63,223 nucleotides of DNA, filler included, from Octopus bimaculoides (GCF_001194135.2; 4 parts of 4 records of this genome joined end to end with filler, not necessarily neighbours in it), one strand, 5' to 3'; positions 50,101 to 63,223 are shown, counted from the whole stretch's first letter. The notes: generated by a model from the letters alone, not told the origin. Numbers and translations: made by a program.

Positions 50101-50650
50101 TTGAAACAATAAACGAGCGAAGCTGTTGCACAAAGAGAAAAAAAAGTTGCACTGATGGGGGATGGGTCGGTAGCGAGAACGAATAAAGAATAAGCGAGGG
50201 TTAAAGAGCTTGAGTGAGAGTGAAACGGGATCGAGTGGGAGTGTGAAATAATTTGAGGGAGAGTGAAGAAAAGAGAAAANNNNNNNNNNNNNNNNNNNNN
50301 NNNNNNNNNNNNNNNNNNNNNNNNNNNNNNNNNNNNNNNNNNNNNNNNNNNNNNNNNNNNNNNNNNNNNNNNNNNNNNNNNNNNNNNNNNNNNNNNNNNN
50401 NNNNNNNNNNNNNNNNNNNNNNNNNNNNNNNNNNNNNNNNNNNNNNNNNNNNNNNNNNNNNNNNNNNNNNNNNNNNNNNNNNNNNNNNNNNNNNNNNNNN
50501 NNNNNNNNNNNNNNNNNNNNNNNNNNNNNNNNNNNNNNNNNNNNNNNNNNNNGTGTGTATCTGTGTCTGTCTGATTGTGTGAGTGTTTGTATCTATTTTA
50601 ATACTTATGCATATTTAAATGTGTCTATTTGTGTGTTGTGTGTGTGTGTG

Positions 50651-50697
<47 letters not shown>

Positions 50698-51410
50698 GAG
50701 CGAGAGAGAGGGAGAGAGAGAGAGAGCGAGAGAGAGGGAGAGAGACAGAGAGAGAGAGAGAGAGTGTGTGTGTGTGTTTGGGTGTTATGTCTATTTTTGT
50801 GTATGTGCTTATGTGTATATATTTATAAGTGCATTTCTGTGTATGCATGTGTGAGTGTATGCGTATGTGTATGTCAATCTAGTCTAACGCATGTGCACAT
50901 GGGAGTATATTTATGCATGTATGTGTGTGCGTGTGTGTGCATATGTGTATCTGTGTATGTTTATGACTGTGCGCGTCTGTATGTGTATATTAAATAGCCA
51001 CCATTATACCACCACAACGTGATTGCGTGTGTGTTTGTGTTTGTGTGTGAATGTGCATAACTGGGTACGTGTGCGCGTCTGCTTTAAATGGCTACTATTA
51101 CTCTATCACAATTATATGTGTGTATGCGTGTGTGTATATATATATATATATATGTGTATGCGTGTATATATATATGTGTATGTGTGTATATGTGTTTGAG
51201 TGTATATATCTGTGCGTGTGTCCATAATTGTGTAAGTATATGTGTATTTTTTTCTGCTTGCTAGCCTTCGTGCGACTGTTCGACAAAAGCTAGCACACCG
51301 AAACTTCGAAGTTACTGTCACCTGTTTTCTTGTAAAAGTTTAACACACACACACACACGCAACCACTTTATCTGTCGGTCTGTCTATCTTACACACACGC
51401 ACATGTGCGC

Positions 51411-51442
<32 letters not shown>

Positions 51443-52013
51443 CTACACACTCGTACACGTCTTGAGAGTTTTATGGTATGATATTTGAAACTTCAGATGA
51501 AACGACTGAAGTAATTTGTAAAATTACGTCTATGACCGATTGACGCCTCCCACAAAAAAAAAAAAAAAAAAAAAAAAGAACAACAACAACAAAAAAACAA
51601 GTAGATAAATAATTAAAATGAATAAATTAAAACATGAACAGAAAATATCACATAAATGAATAATGAAACAAAAATTAGAATAACGAACAAGAATGTATTT
51701 ATGGAAACAAAAAAATAGACATAAAAACAGAAATTTTAATTAAATTATTTGATAAGATAACACTTCTTTAAGTCTTTGTATATATTTTCTACCTCTCAAA
51801 AGTGAAGAGGTTTTCACATGCGAATCTTTAAAGGGAACTAAGTGGGAACAATATTGGAGGAGATTAGTTGCTGTTGAGATAGTCTTGGAGGAGGAGGAGG
51901 CGGGTTGGGGTGGGGTTTGTTTTGATGTTTCGGTGGGATTAAATGGTTTGGTCATTGGTTTAGACTTACTGAAGTGCTGCTTAACTCGTTTCTTATCGTG
52001 TGGATACGTGTGT

Positions 52014-52049
<36 letters not shown>

Positions 52050-52444
52050 ACATATATGCATATATGCATGGACGTGTGCACACGTTCATACACAAATACT
52101 TACGCACGTAAACACATGCTCTTAAACAACGCAGGTATGTGTATAAATATAATGCACTTTTATATGTACATACNNNNNNNNNNNNNNNNNNNNNNNNNNN
52201 NNNNNNNNNNNNNNNNNNNNNNNNNNNNNNNNNNNNNNNNNNNNNNNNNNNNNNNNNNNNNNNNNNNNNNNNNNNNNNNNNNNNNNNNNNNNNNNNNNNN
52301 NNNNNNNNNNNNNNNNNNNNNNNNNNNNNNNNNNNNNNNNNNNNNNNNNNNNNNNNNNNNNNNNNNNNNNNNNNNNNNNNNNNNNNNNNNNNNNNNNNNN
52401 NNNNNNNNNNNNNNNNNNNNNNNNNNNNNNNNNNNNNNNNNNNN

Positions 52445-52480
<36 letters not shown>

Positions 52481-52919
52481 GTGTGTGTCGTTGTGTGTTG
52501 TGAATCCCTGTGTGTGTTTATACACATGTGTAATATGTAAGCATACATGCATATATACATGCATATAAGTATATATGCTCACATATTACATATGTTTAAA
52601 AACAACACACATGCACGCACGCACACATATCTTACACTCACACAGACACTAACAATACAACCATACACATACACAGACGATCACAAACAGAACAAGTATT
52701 TTAGGGCTTCAGTAAAAGTAGATGATGAATACAAAAAGAGAGTGGGAATGAGTGAGAGAGAGAGAAATACAGAGAGAGAGAGAGAGAAAGATAGAGAGAC
52801 AGTAATTGGTGCTTGCAGTGTATACTTACATATACACATACATACGTGCATACATACATATTACATACATACATATACATACATATATACATACATACAT
52901 GCGTACATACATACACACA

Positions 52920-52983
<64 letters not shown>

Positions 52984-54143
52984 NNNNNNNNNNNNNNNNN
53001 NNNNNNNNNNNNNNNNNNNNNNNNNNNNNNNNNNNNNNNNNNNNNNNNNNNNNNNNNNNNNNNNNNNNNNNNNNNNNNNNNNNNNNNNNNNNNNNNNNNN
53101 NNNNNNNNNNNNNNNNNNNNNNNNNNNNNNNNNNNNNNNNNNNNNNNNNNNNNNNNNNNNNNNNNNNNNNNNNNNNNNNNNNNNNNNNNNNNNNNNNNNN
53201 NNNNNNNNNNNNNNNNNNNNNNNNNNNNNNNNNNNNNNNNNNNNNNNNNNNNNNNNNNNNNNNNNNNNNNNNNNNNNNNNNNNNNNNNNNNNNNNNNNNN
53301 NNNNNNNNNNNNNNNNNNNNNNNNNNNNNNNNNNNNNNNNNNNNNNNNNNNNNNNNNNNNNNNNNNNNNNNNNNNNNNNNNNNNNNNNNNNNNNNNNNNN
53401 NNNNNNNNNNNNNNNNNNNNNNNNNNNNNNNNNNNNNNNNNNNNNNNNNNNNNNNNNNNNNNNNNNNNNNNNNNNNNNNNNNNNNNNNNNNNNNNNNNNN
53501 NNNNNNNNNNNNNNNNNNNNNNNNNNNNNNNNNNNNNNNNNNNNNNNNNNNNNNNNNNNNNNNNNNNNNNNNNNNNNNNNNNNNNNNNNNNNNNNNNNNN
53601 NNNNNNNNNNNNNNNNNNNNNNNNNNNNNNNNNNNNNNNNNNNNNNNNNNNNNNNNNNNNNNNNNNNNNNNNNNNNNNNNNNNNNNNNNNNNNNNNNNNN
53701 NNNNNNNNNNNNNNNNNNNNNNNNNNNNNNNNNNNNNNNNNNNNNNNNNNNNNNNNNNNNNNNNNNNNNNNNNNNNNNNNNNNNNNNNNNNNNNNNNNNN
53801 NNNNNNNNNNNNNNNNNNNNNNNNNNNNNNNNNNNNNNNNNNNNNNNNNNNNNNNNNNNNNNNNNNNNNNNNNNNNNNNNNAGAGAGAGAGAGAGATAAG
53901 GACAGAGAGAGACAAAGACAGAGAGAGATATAGATGTAAACACTTTAATGTAAAAACGAAGGCCGAATGAAGTACTCAATGCTAAAAGAAGTGTTACATA
54001 ATTTCATGGAAGGTGAAACTTCATGACATGATTCTCATTTCCGATCTACGGGTGATTATTTAAAAAATAAAATGGAGTATAAAAATGACATGTCACATGC
54101 ATGCATTGGAGACTGTCCAATATTAAAAGAAGTGCTCAATATG

Positions 54144-54556
54144 GGCGCAGGCGTGGTTGTGTGGTGAGAAGTTTACTTACCAACCACACGGTCCCGGGTT
54201 CAGTCCCACTGCGTGACGTCTTAAACAAGTGTCTTCTACTACAACCTCGAGCCAACCGAAGCCTTGACAGTGGATTTGGTAGACGGAAACTGAAGGAAGC
54301 CTGTCTTATACAGACACGCACACACATACATAAATCTGTGTTTGTGTGTGTGTGTGTGTTTGTGTCTGTGTTTGTCCCCGCCACCGTTTGACAGCCGGTG
54401 TTGATTTGTTTACGTCCACGTAACTTAGCTGTTCGACAAAAGAGGTCTATAGAGTAAATACCAGGCTTAAAAAAATAAGTCCTGGGGTAGGTTCATTCGA
54501 CTAAAAATTCTTGAAAGCAGTGCCCCAGCATGGCCGTCGTCTAAAGACTGAAGCAA
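54144..54556 (+). mobile_element. SINE family B, full length, diverged
   Basis: Same architecture as 49698-50100. Confidence 0.88.
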
Positions 54557-54842
54557 ATATGCGCAAGTGAATCTGCTAACTGCTATTGTATTCCGTCTTC
54601 GGAGAATACCTCCTTTCAGATGATGCGCATTGACTTGTTTCGCTCAATTCGTTGAAGGGAACTTTGAGACGCTACATCATTTCGATTTGGTTGTGTTTCT
54701 TGAGCAAAGGTCTCCCCAGGGTCAACGAGTCTAATCAAGAATTATTAGCCTTGTTTATAGAATTCAGCTAACAAATCAGTTTTGCTTACAGAGATGTACT
54801 TACATAGCAAGTGACTTGATCTGAGATCGTGTACTGGAACGA

Positions 54843-55025
54843 AAACAATTGCAGCATGGAAGGTGTTTATAAGCCATTTAAAAGCACACAAAAACCGTTA
54901 GATTCACTTCAACATTTAAATTTAATTTGCCAAAATATTTTCGTTACTTTGAGACCGCGACCTGTTCACTGACAAAATTTAAATGTTGAAGTGAATCTAA
55001 CGGTTTTTGTGTTTGTAAATGACTT
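54843..55025. mobile_element. Palindromic MITE family F, copy 3
   Basis: Perfect 38-bp inverted repeat at 54886-54923 and 54975-55012 around a 51-nt spacer. Confidence 0.85.
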
Positions 55026-55842
55026 AAAAAAATCATTTTTGATGTCTGTGAATTCGATAATAAATTATCTCATGCAGGGCGAACAGCGAAATACAACAGC
55101 GATTGGTATATTCACGTTCAAATCTGCCGGAACGTGTTAAGAATAACTAAGTACATCATTGTTCTGATTCTCTCTATTCTCTGTGCATAATATGGTTTAT
55201 TATAAAAAGTGCTGATTGATTAAAACGGAACAAAGAGATTTTATTCGGTGATAAATAAAGCATAGATTGAAAAAATGATGACGTTGCCGATTAGAGCCGA
55301 TTAGATGAGGTTACGAAAACGATATATATAGGTATGTATGTATTTTGGAAAAAATTTTAAAGATTTAAAACGTCTCTATCTGTTTTAGAGTATAAAAAAT
55401 ATAAATATACAAGTAATTCAGTCTGTGTAAAAAAAAAAAAGGTGGCTACGCATTGGAATTACATAAACCTTCAAAAGTGGAGAGAACTGGATCCATATTG
55501 TTCATCATCGTCCTAAATTTATCGGCTTGGCGGTATATAGCTGGATTATAAGAATCTTAAAGAGCATTTGCAACAGCCCAACACTTCAAATCTTTCATTT
55601 AAGTCATGTATGTCTGGAAATAAAAGGAATAATTTCTCACTGAGGCATAACCTACAACGCAAAAACCATGCACACACGAGGGAGCATATTCAAGAATTTA
55701 ACTTTAAGATCTTTCATTCTTTTGTCTAATGAATGAAACGTGTTGGTGCCGGATATTTTGTATGGCAGTAATATTATTAGATAAAACACTGTGCATACTC
55801 CATGTCTGTTTAATACAGATTTTTATGTTTCATTCTTCATAA

Positions 55843-55880
55843 TCGACCGAAGATCGAAAGCGAGAAACACGGTGTAACGA
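55843..55880 (+). ncRNA. Hammerhead-like motif (core CCGAAGA, one base from CUGANGA)
   Basis: TCG-a-CCGAAGA-TCG/AAAG/CGA-GAAA-CA/CGG/TG-T-A-a-CGA: all three stems can form, with a GUA triplet at 55874-55876. Confidence 0.45.
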
Positions 55881-55904
55881 ATTTCGGAGCTGCAATTTCC
55901 TCGC

Positions 55905-56100
55905 CATGATAGATCGCTGACCACGACATTTATATTTTTTTCTCCTTGTTTCTCTCCTTATTTCTTTCTGTGTTCCTTTCAGTTGAAGAGCGTAGGCTCG
56001 AAACGTCAAAGACTTTCTCTATTCCCGAGCGTTAAACTAATACATCCTTTTGGTGTTTACACCACCTGTCTTCGTCTGTTGTTTTTCATAAATTCTCCCA
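55905..56100 (+). mobile_element. Penelope-like terminal element with a minimal hammerhead motif at 55976-56011, ending at (TA)n
   Basis: CTTT-CAGTTGA-A-GAG/CGTAGG/CTC-GAAA-CGTC-AAAG: perfect stems I and II, palindromic ACGT stem III and a mutated core. Confidence 0.6.
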
Positions 56101-56440
56101 TATATATAATATTATATATACATGCGTAAACATATGTGTGTATATATATGTATGTATATATGTATATAAAAATGTGTGTGTATATATAATGTATACCTAT
56201 ATGTACGATTATAAGCACGCACACACACACACACATATATATGTATGTACATATATGTACACACATATATGTACGTATGTATGCATATATATTACACATT
56301 ATATATATATGTGTGTGTGTGTGTGTGCTTGTGTTTGTAATATTTTAGCTACCGTTTTGATTCTCTTTTACCTCTCTATTCTCCATATCGTTGTGTCCCT
56401 TTAACGCCTGTCGGTCTGTCTGTCTCTCTATACACATGTG

Positions 56441-56477
<37 letters not shown>

Positions 56478-56487
56478 NNNNNNNNNN

Positions 56488-56530
<43 letters not shown>

Positions 56531-56788
56531 GAGAAACGTACATATTACTTTCTTTTCCTTATCTTATTTCCTATTCACTTCGTCTCTATTTTTGCCCACT
56601 CCTCTTTCGCTTCCTCCACCCCTGCGTTCCCGTTATGTATACATACATACATTCATAGACACATACATACATACATACATACATACATACACACATACAT
56701 ACATACATACATACACACATACATACATACATGCATACATACATACATACATACATGTACCTATAAATAGCATATATATATATATATT

Positions 56789-56820
<32 letters not shown>

Positions 56821-57371
56821 TACACACACACATCAGTCTGTTATCTTACTTTCTATTAACGCCGCCTCCCCCTTTCTTTCTGTTATTATTAATCCATCGC
56901 TTCCGTTCTTCCTCTCTTTCTCTCTCTCGTTCTCTTTACAATATTCTATGATATAACTTAGCAAAATTAAATGCCTCTCAAATTACATCCTCCACAGAAA
57001 TACCCACACACAGACACACATACACATACACACACACACATACATACATATATACATATATACATATATATATATACATATATACGCATACATATACATG
57101 CATACATACATACACACATATATATATAGACAGACATACATACCTGTATATATATAGACATATATATATATATATATATATNNNNNNNNNNNNNNNNNNN
57201 NNNNNNNNNNNNNNNNNNNNNNNNNTTAATTAATTAANNNNNNNNNNNNNNNNNNNNNNNNNNNNNNNNNNNNNNNNNNNNAACACTAATATGAACTTCT
57301 AATTTGTCTCGTGAGGTCTCTGGGTGAAACCTGGAGCCAACTTGTACAAATGCAAAGCAAAAGTTAAACAT

Positions 57372-57382
57372 ATAATAATAAC

Positions 57383-57474
<92 letters not shown>

Positions 57475-57485
57475 TGATGATGATA
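57372..57485 (+). repeat. (AAT)n tract (~100 bp) followed by (GAT)n
   Basis: Direct reading of the sequence. Confidence 0.95.
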
Positions 57486-57750
57486 AGATAGACATGATAC
57501 CAATAGTAACTGATGCATTTGGAAGTATCAGCACTCAACTTCCAACATGGCTGAAAAAGAGTGGTGCAAGTATGAAGGTAGAACACCTACAAAAATCAGC
57601 ATTGCTTGGAACTGCAAGAATTGTTTGCAGTGTTCTTCAAGCATGACCAGTAAACAAGCGTCACCTTTGTTTGCTGGTCGTAAACATCTGACTCTTACCA
57701 TCATACCCAGCAAAATAAGCTGTAAGCTTCCATATAATAATAATAAGAAG
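57486..57750 (+). mobile_element. 5'-truncated RLE-type (R4/Dong-like) LINE 3' end; coding remnant 57494-57646
   Basis: MIPIVTDAFGSISTQLPTWLKKSGASMKVEHLQKSALLGTARIVCSVLQA*, then a UTR and an aataataat tail. Confidence 0.85.
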
Positions 57751-57774
57751 AAGAATTATAATAATTTAAATGAT

Positions 57775-58130
57775 GATTCTTTCTACTATAGGCACAAGGC
57801 CCGAAATTTTGCAGGAAAGGACTAGTCGATTATATCGAACCCAGCTTTTCACTGGTTATTAATTTTCGATCCCGAAAAGATGAAAGGTAAAGTCGACTTC
57901 AGCGGAATTTGAACTCACAACGTAGCGAGGGGTAAAATACTGCTAAGCATTTCGTCCAGTATGCTAACGATTCTACCAGCTCGCCGCTCTTTTCATTGGT
58001 TCTTAATTTATTGAACCCGAAAGGATGAAAGGCAAAGTCGACCTCAGTGGTATTTGTACTCAGAACGCAGTGATGCGTGAAATATCGGTAAGTATTTCGT
58101 CCAGCATGCTAACGATTCTGCCAGTTTATT
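57775..58130 (-). mobile_element. Two tandem SINE family A copies
   Basis: Two head/B-box segments on the minus strand. Confidence 0.85.
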
Positions 58131-58169
58131 GGAACTCTTATGACTGTAAAGATCAACTTCTGATTAACC

Positions 58170-59830
58170 GACTGAAAGTTGAATTCTTAGTACAACTTGG
58201 ATAGGTTACTGTAAAGTTTTCATTGGTGCCCCTCATCCGCGAATCGTAAAAGCCCTATACTTGTACAAAGTAACTCTGATTATTTAAGGCATCTTCGCCA
58301 AAGTATGGGTGTGTGGTACACAACATTTTACCTTAATCTTAATAAATGCATACGTACATTTGCCATTTTGAAGATTAACCGAAGTATACTTCAAAGAGAT
58401 TCATTGTCGTCATTACGATTTGCTGAGCATCTCTATCACACGAATTGAACCACACACAGAATGGATACAAAATCTTTGATAGAACCATCTCTCACATCTT
58501 TTATATGGAAGACCTCAAGCTATATGAAGAAAAAAAAAATTATCAAGACCGATCTCTAACAACTGGGAAAAGTTTTACCGATAACATTAACATGGAATTG
58601 ACTTGGATAAGTGCACCAAAGCAACATTTAAAAGGGGAAGCTCATTTCTACATCTTTCAATAGCTAAATGACAACAATATTACCAAAGAATTAGATCAGG
58701 ATGGAGTATACAAAGATCTTAGAACAAATGAGAGGAAAGTGACTTAAAACAGCACCATGAAGGAAGAAATTAGGTAAGAATATAATAGGAGAGAGAGATT
58801 GATTATGAAAACGGAACTGATTTCCCAGAATAGGATACAAATCATTAATTCATTTGCTGCTCCATTGGTACATTACACTTATAACATAATTAATTGGAAT
58901 TTAAAAGAAATCCGATGAATGAATAACAAAACGAGGGAAAATAAGGATAGCAATCAAAATACTTCATCTAAAAGCTGATGCTCATAGAATCTACGTTCCC
59001 TCAAAAGAGGGTGGTAGAAGTTTCATCCAACTGAATTATCTTACAAGACCACCACAGTGGGACTTAATTCATCTAGAATAACTATGACAGGATTATACAG
59101 CTAGTAGGAACAAACAACTACATACTGCCATTAAAAGGCAGAGAAGTATAAAGGAGAAATAAACATAGATGTAAATGATAAAGCCGAAGTTGCAATATCA
59201 ACAAAAGAGGTAAAAGCACGAGAAGCAAAATGTTAAAGAGGAAATGATGCAAAAGCTTATAGAAAAATAGCAAAGGAAACTGCTACATAGTATCCCAGAC
59301 AAACAAGGGAATGAGGTATAGATAGATACAAACACATCAGTGGTTGCGCAGTTCAGGTCTAAAAGCAGAAACACAAGACTTTATAATGGCAGCTCAGGAT
59401 AAATCTACGCAAGCAAATTACTAGGCAAACGTTCTTCACAATGGGACTAACTCAAACTGTAAACTATGTGATAATAGTATTGAAACCATTTGTTCTAAAT
59501 TCGAAATAACCGAGTATAAACCAGACATGGCCGAATATGGAAGTACCTACACTGGAAATGTGTCATCATTACAACAGTCCCCTTCCTAAAACCTGGTATG
59601 AACATCCCCAGAAACCAATAACAGAGGTTAATAAATTTACTATTCTGCAAGATTTTGTCATCCATACTGATAGACAAATAAATACCAATAGACCTGATAT
59701 TATGCTTGTTATCCAATATCAGCTGATCGAAATATGTCACTCAAAGAATTCGAAAAGTTAGCATACAAGGGCTTAGAGATAGAAATCAGCAGAATGTGGA
59801 AACAAAAAACAGTAACGCTACCCCTGTTTT
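58170..59830 (+). pseudogene. Decayed RLE-type (R4/Dong-like) LINE: RT, CCHC region and PD-(D/E)xK endonuclease
   Basis: WIGYCKVFIGAPH (DYxKAFDSVPH), ILQRDSLS (QGDSLS), HIFYMEDLKLY (YMDD), EGGRSFIQL, WLRSSGLKAETQDFIMAAQD, CKLCDNSIET, DFVIHTDRQINTNRPDIM and KEFEKLAYKGLEIEISRMW. It has many stops and frameshifts. Confidence 0.92.
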
Positions 59831-60368
59831 ATAAACAGCATATATTGTATCATTTTCCATGTTTCATCCACTGTATGAGACCTTCTTAACGTGCCATTAA
59901 AGAATGCCTTTAGCTGTTCTTTTTCTATCACGTTGAAAACCCTCCCGCATTGGCGACATAAAGGTATTTCGAAATATAGAGTATATGGCGATACGACTAC
60001 GTCTGCTTACTTGGGTGACAGATTTAGGCAGAGAATTATCTCTTTTGGTCACAGAGATCTAACATGTTGCATACCAATTGTCTAGATATTGCAGGTCTAA
60101 AGTTCGAATATTTCGAATTATATTTGGGAAAGAAGAACAATTAAAAATATATCATTAATTTCATATTACAAATCGTATGTGTATGGCAGTAAGTGGTGTT
60201 TTTATTTACACTGTTTATTTACATTTCAGTATTTTCACTCCAAAGTACATGTTTTGTTGCGGAAACGATTCTGAATTTCTTACGTATATATACATACATA
60301 TATATATTTACGCGCGCGCTACACACACGTGCTCGCACACGCAAAATCTCACACACACACACACACAG

Positions 60369-60399
<31 letters not shown>

Positions 60400-62869
60400 T
60401 ACAAGTAATTAAACTATGTAGAAAATCGATCACCTTCTTGGTTATTGATTTGATGCATTTTCGTTTGTACCATGTAGCAGCTGGAAATCGAGAACACTGG
60501 ACAGCAAAATAGAATTATTTAAACGAGTAACATTTTATTTCTCTGGGATATGCAATGAGAAACTTGAAACTGCTTTTATAGTATAACAAATATAAATATT
60601 TTCATGAAACTCAGAATGTTATACAATCTTTACTTCAATCCGTACATGGATTTAGTAAGGACATGAGCCTAGCAGCGAAGTCTTAGTCTGCATCGTTGGA
60701 CGCAACACTTCCCTTTTACGTCCGCTCGTAATGCAACACCAGTCAATGAGTATAGATACCTGCTCGACTTTTTGCTTCACTTTCTTCTCAGCATAAAACA
60801 ATCCATGGAGCCCTTTGGGTTCGGCTCGAGTTCAAGGGCCACGCATCGTTCCACACTTGTTATAGCTGCACTTGCCATAGTATAGTGAACCAATATTTGC
60901 GATCTGCAAGAGATGGCCGCTTCCCTTCTCCCCAGTCATTTCTCGATGAATTCCCAGGAAAGTAGGCATCGTTTCTTTCTACATGACTGCTATATATTAC
61001 TCTTTGAAGTTAACGTATGTCCAACCATTTCTTTTTCATCTACAACACAAGCAGAACTGTTGCTTCCTACATTGAGAAAAATTGAATGCAAAAGTAAATA
61101 AAAATGTGTTTATAGTATCGCTATTTGCTGTGTATTTAAATATATAAATTACTTTATCTGTTCCTCCAGTTGCGACTTTTCGATTTAAAACTTTTAGTCA
61201 TCCATATATTAGGGTTTTTTTCTGTTGCTAACAAATTTCTTGGATTTCTATCTACCGCCAACGTCCTGGTCGAAGTGCACAGAAATATAATGGAAATTGT
61301 CTGAAAGCTAAAGTATGACCTTTTTTCAATAATAATAGAATTTGTCATCCAAGCAACGGTGAAACAAAAGACAATTCTCTTCATCTCACTATGAAATGCA
61401 TTCTCAAGATAGCATGAAAAAATAACATTGAAAGAAATGACAATTTTTCAAACATGATTGCATAAGAAGAAAATATGTTACTGCTAAGTCCAAATAACAC
61501 CAAACATAGCAACAGAAATAGCATAAACAACAATTACAAAATAGTAATATCACGAACAACAAAAATGGTGATGATTATGATGATGATGATGATGATATGA
61601 TAATGATGATGATGATGATGATGATGATGACGACGACGACGACGACAAACATCAAGAAGTAACGAGAACGATAGAAGAAAGTAAGATTTATCATGTACAA
61701 GCATGAAATTAGGTAATAAATGTAGTGCGGCGTAATTTATTAACGCCATATNNNNNNNNNNNNNNNNNNNNNNNNNNNNNNNNNNNNNNNNNNNNNNNNN
61801 NNNNNNNNNNNNNNNNNNNNNNNNNNNNNNNNNNNNNNNNNNNNNNNNNNNNNNNNNNNNNNNNNNNNNNNNNNNNNNNNNNNNNNNNNNNNNNNNNNNN
61901 NNNNNTATATACATGCGTGTTTATGTGTGTATATAATCACTGTTATACGAGTAAATGTATTATGAGAAAGAAAAAATACGAAAACACCAAAATAGATCTT
62001 CTATACACAGCCACAATATTCATATTATTCAATAATACTGGAATATTTTTCTAGTACCAAGAATAGATTTACATTTGTATTTTGAAAACAAATGCAATTT
62101 TGGCATTGTATATGAAAACTACATGCAAAACTACAAACATATAAATAGACTTGGGTACAAAAGCACACACGCATACATGTAGTGAGACATACATACACAA
62201 ACATATACACCCACACGAATATAGATATCTTTGTGGAGTGTTTGTGTGTGTGTGTGTGTGTGTGTGCGTGTGTCTGTGTGTCTGTGTGTGTGATTACATG
62301 CATGTAACTATTTAATTTTGATAGGTATGTGTGTGTGTATGTGTGTGAGTGCGTGTGGCGTGTGAATTACTATATTTCATTTGTGGTTGTCGCTATGTTT
62401 GCCTTCGTATAAATATGTACAGACATATATATATGCCGCTGTGTGTATATGTGCGCGTGTGCGCAAGATGGAGAGAGAAAGCTAGATACATAAATAGAGA
62501 GAGAGAGAGGGTGAGAGAGAGAGAGAGAGAGGGAGAGAGAGAGAGAGAAAGAAAGAGAGAGAGAGACTATTTCTGAGTGATTGTGTTTCTGAGTGATTGT
62601 GTGGGTATATGTGCATCTGGATCACTATATAGAAACTGAAGCATTTTTTTACGGTGGCAACTCAATATATGCATGCATATATGTAAGTGTGTCCGTTGTT
62701 ACGTGTGTTCCTGTGTAGAATTTTAGAAGACTGCGTCGTCGCACCACGTCGGTGTCACCATTGTGATGTACGTTATGAATTTTTATGATATTTTATGTTA
62801 CTGATTTTATGATATTAAATAAAAGACGAATGGCGTACAGTGTTGAAACATTCTATGTAAGGAATATTG

Positions 62870-63223
62870 GTTTTCAAATTTTGAAACGAAGCCAGCAATT
62901 TTGAAATGGAAGCGTTTGTCGATTACAATGACCGGAGTACTTAATTGCTACTTATTTTATCGATCCTAAAAGGATAAAGACAAAGACTACCTCGGCGAAA
63001 TTTGAACTCAGAATGTAAAGACGGATGAAATGCCGTTAAGCGCTTGGTGCAGCGTGCTAACGATTCTGCGATCTTGCCGTCTTTCATAAAAGAATTGTTG
63101 CTTCCAAATTTTGGCACACGGCAAGCAATTTCGGGGCAGGAATGAGTCGATTACTTTGGATCTGGTACTCAACTAGTAATTCTTTTTTTTCAACACTGAA
63201 AGGATAGAAGGATAAGTCGACCT
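62870..63223 (-). mobile_element. Tandem SINE family A copies (older), running off the window end
   Basis: tttgaactcagaatgtaaagacggatgaaatgccgttaagc...gctaacgattctgc, followed by a second tail. Confidence 0.75.

Noticed and set aside
59818-60006. 62-codon minus-strand open frame (YFEIPLCRQCGRVFNVIEKEQLKAFF) and coding-looking sequence at ~60760-61080
   Set aside because: There is no start codon, no recognisable domain and no convincing splice pair; the 60.8-61.1 kb segment has stops in every frame from its acceptor-like site.

Overview
This is AT-rich, microsatellite-saturated, gap-ridden eukaryotic genomic DNA. The tRNA-derived SINE families and repeat landscape look like a cephalopod, most likely Octopus; this is an inference from repeat recognition, not a database result. 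No host protein-coding gene can be identified, and almost all ORFs in the supplied track are microsatellite or N-gap read-throughs. The recognisable content is decayed mobile DNA: a mariner (Hsmar1-like) transposase; a near full-length Tx1-clade LINE (10650-15881); an ORF1-only Tx1-like element; a Tx1 RT fragment; three pieces of RLE-type (R4/Dong-like) LINEs; pogo/Tigger, hAT and foldback MITEs; about 25 SINE copies from at least five families; and several Penelope-like termini carrying hammerhead-ribozyme (HHR) motifs. Two observations stand out. (1) The Tx1 LINE sits inside the tRNA-like head of a SINE with a 6-bp TSD. That SINE carries the same ~46-nt 3' tail as the LINE, and adjacent SINEs are stacked at recurring head positions, suggesting a LINE-SINE pair that targets its own SINE. 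(2) A ~670-bp foldback element has a hammerhead ribozyme motif in each ~280-bp inverted arm.
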